From contig CATMOE010000061.1 of assembly GCA_950072105.1 (NCBI GenBank), positions 1-20,211 on the forward strand: a DNA stretch of 20,211 nt, read 5' to 3'. This document shows positions 18,494 to 20,211 of this stretch, piece by piece. How positions within the stretch are numbered: position 1 is the stretch's first letter; each line of letters starts with the position of its first letter. The notes beneath the pieces are model-generated. The model searched no databases. It worked only from the letters and a program-made list of their open reading frames with translations, and was not told the origin of the DNA. This stretch comes from an uncultured Dehalococcoidia bacterium. Its GTDB lineage: Bacteria > Chloroflexota > Dehalococcoidia > Lucifugimonadales > UBA3495. Made by a program: the position numbers and the translations under genes.

Positions 18494-19024
18494 ATGCCAC
18501 CAATCGAACTCTTTAGCCCCATCGGGGAAGAAGCTCCCCACGCCAAGGGAATCTCTCCCTTTCCCGAGTTAGGGGGAAGCAAGATAGCCTTCCTCTTCAA
18601 CGGACACGTGTCGGTGATTCCCTTCTGGAGGAACCTGGAGGAGGAGATCAAAACCCGTTGTGAGCCGGCTGACACGATCACCGTCATCAAGCCCAACACT
18701 TTCGCTCCCGCCGGACCTTCCACTATCCAGGATTTGTCGGATGTGGACCTGGCCTTGGTTGGGGTGTGCGCTTGAGGCTCCTGTACTTCCGGCTCCGTGC
18801 GAGACGGTATTAACCTGGAAAACAAGGGTGTCCCGGCCGTAGTCATTTCCCACGATGTCTTCGGAAAAGCGGCCCAGGCACAGTCCATCGCCCTGGGTCT
18901 CCCAGAGTTACGGGTCATAATCTACAATCAGCCCAAGGGCAAACCCGACGAAGTAGAGGGAGCTCGGGCGGCCAAGGAGGTCGTGGACCAACTATTACAA
19001 ATGGTGCGAGATTCCGACGTATAA
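18494..19024 (+). CDS. UGSC-family selenoprotein, 176 aa, Sec (TGA 18773-18775) at residue 94
   Basis: Track ORFs 18494..18775 and 18797..19024 share a frame (offset 303 nt). The junction translates ...LVGVCA-U-GSCTSGSVRDGINLENKGVPAV. RBS AAAGGAG precedes 18494 and none precedes GTG 18797; a SECIS-like hairpin follows the UGA. Confidence 0.88.
18787..18820 (+). promoter_or_regulatory. Candidate bacterial SECIS element
   Basis: UUCCGG-cu-CCGU-[GCGAG]-ACGG-uauuaa-CC-u-GGAA. The stem begins 11 nt after the UGA, and the 5-nt apical loop starts with G (18799), 23 nt after the UGA. Confidence 0.65.
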
Positions 19025-19145
19025 AAACCAAAACGGCCGGATTCTCTTGGGGCCAGGGTTGAACTAAAAGTAAAAATTTGAACAGATGGCGCTTGATGGT
19101 TTGGCTAGAGCCACTTTCAAAATCCGTTGCGGCCCAATGCCGGGT

Positions 19146-19210
19146 CCTTCGATAGGGTCAGGACGAACGGTAATCGGACCGCCTTCCGTTCTTAGAGAGC
19201 TTGTTGAACG
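19146..19210. repeat. REP-like element, copy 3 (degenerate inverted pair)
   Basis: CCTTCGATAGGGTCAGGACGAACGG (19146-19170) and CCGTTCTTAGAGAGCTTGTTGAACG (19186-19210) are decayed matches to copies 1 and 2. Confidence 0.7.
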
Positions 19211-19244
19211 GAGTTTTAATGGACCGGCTAATATCAGTCGTTTC

Positions 19245-20045
19245 CTATTGTGCCGCCGCGTCGAACTCGGCCTCAACGGGGTTGCTCAACACCCCGATGC
19301 CGGGAATCTCCACCTCTACCTTGTCGCCCGGTTTCATGGCCTTGGTTGTACCGGTAGTGCCGGAGAAGACCAGATCGCCTGGATGCAGCGTAACTTGCTG
19401 GCTAATATAGCTGACTAACTCGGAAAATGTGAACAGCATATCGCTGGTGTGGGCCCGTTGGACCTCCTCGCCGTTGAGACGGACCAAAATCTCCAGATCC
19501 TGAGGGTTGATATCCGTCTCGATCCAAGGTCCTACCGGAGCGAAGGTGTCCGACCCTTTGGCGCGCCAGAAGGTAGAATCCTTTTTCTGCCAGGTCCGCT
19601 CGCTAACGTCGTTGCCGCAGGTATAGCCTAAGATATACTTCCGGGCGTCTGACGGGGTCACCCGGCGGCAATTTCTACCGATAACCGCCACCGCCTCGCC
19701 CTCGTAGTGCACGTCGCCGCTGGAGTCCTTTGGTATGATGATGGGGTCGTTGGGCCCGGTAAGGGAATTACGGCTCTTGTGCCAGGGCTCCGGATGTTCG
19801 GGCAGCTCGTCGGCGCCTTCACCCAGAACCGACGCGGCGAATTCCAAGTGTTCAGCAAAATTGAGGCCCGGCCCCCAGATCACCGCAGGCTCGGTGGGCG
19901 CCAGGATGTTTACGTCCGCCAAAGGATACCGGGTATCGGTTAGCCTGAAGCGGGTGTAGATACTTCCACGGATCTCAACAATTTCATCTCCCATCACCAC
20001 ACCGAATGCCACTCGCCTGGCGGCTCTAAATCGCGCGATTTTCAT
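19245..20045 (-). CDS. Fumarylacetoacetate hydrolase (FAH) family protein, 266 aa
   Basis: 'GLNFAEH', 'VHYEGEAVAVIG', 'GYTCGNDVSER', 'RAKGSDTFAPVGP', 'LHPGDLVFSGT', 'GVLSNPV'. ATG 20045 (MKIARF) follows GAGGGG. Confidence 0.93.
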   Translation of the reverse strand: MKIARFRAARRVAFGVVMGDEIVEIRGSIYTRFRLTDTRYPLADVNILAPTEPAVIWGPGLNFAEHLEFAASVLGEGADELPEHPEPWHKSRNSLTGPNDPIIIPKDSSGDVHYEGEAVAVIGRNCRRVTPSDARKYILGYTCGNDVSERTWQKKDSTFWRAKGSDTFAPVGPWIETDINPQDLEILVRLNGEEVQRAHTSDMLFTFSELVSYISQQVTLHPGDLVFSGTTGTTKAMKPGDKVEVEIPGIGVLSNPVEAEFDAAAQ

Positions 20046-20211
20046 GCTTGCCGCGCCCCTCGTATTTAATTGGGATGGGAGACTCGGTGGGGATTGTAAC
20101 CGTTCACTTGCTCTGTCGCAAGAGGAAAACGCGGGTTGTTGCCGAGGTAAGTTTTCGAATAAAATCAACCGATTGGTGCTCCATTCATCATGGACTCTGT
20201 TAGCATTGGTA

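Noticed and set aside
18797..19024. Independent 75-aa ORF starting at GTG 18797, with 18494..18775 as a separate 93-aa gene or pseudogene
   Set aside because: Same frame, no RBS before 18797, and the UGSC motif plus SECIS-like hairpin at the junction favour one selenoprotein.
19025..19244. tRNA-Sec or another structured RNA downstream of the selenoprotein
   Set aside because: No cloverleaf, T-arm/CCA end or UCA anticodon arm is evident; the structure is explained by repeat copy 3.
19064..19418. ORFs 19086..19418 (+) and 19064..19276 (-)
   Set aside because: They run through a degenerate repeat and the FAH gene end, and have no convincing RBS or protein-like motifs.

Overview
GC-rich bacterial chromosomal window with about 16 protein-coding genes. 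The gene content (LLM-class oxidoreductase, NIPSNAP, VOC, FAH, class-III aminotransferase, BtpA) suggests Chloroflexota, possibly Dehalococcoidia/SAR202; this is inference only. Genes in order: MFS transporter (-), tandem NIPSNAP protein (-), VOC protein (-), SMP-30/gluconolactonase (+), FAD/Fe-S GlcD-GlcF-type oxidoreductase (-), LLM oxidoreductase, LMW-PTP/ArsC-like protein, class-III aminotransferase and beta-hydroxyacid dehydrogenase (all +), BtpA/SgcQ (-), uvrA, MBL hydrolase, M16 peptidase, a conserved 'GWTDGLP' hypothetical protein and a UGSC protein (all +), and an FAH-family hydrolase (-). Main finding: the two short ORFs 18494..18775 and 18797..19024 are in the same frame and separated only by TGA-GGC-TCC-TGT-ACT-TCC-GGC-TCC. 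They read as one 176-aa selenoprotein (C-A-U-G-S-C-T-S) with a SECIS-like hairpin starting 11 nt after the UGA, tightly coupled to the upstream uncharacterised 358-aa gene. Second finding: the window carries several families of small palindromic or tandem repeats, one of which (48 bp) sits in-frame inside the Fe-S oxidoreductase. No rRNA, tRNA, CRISPR array or transposase was seen.
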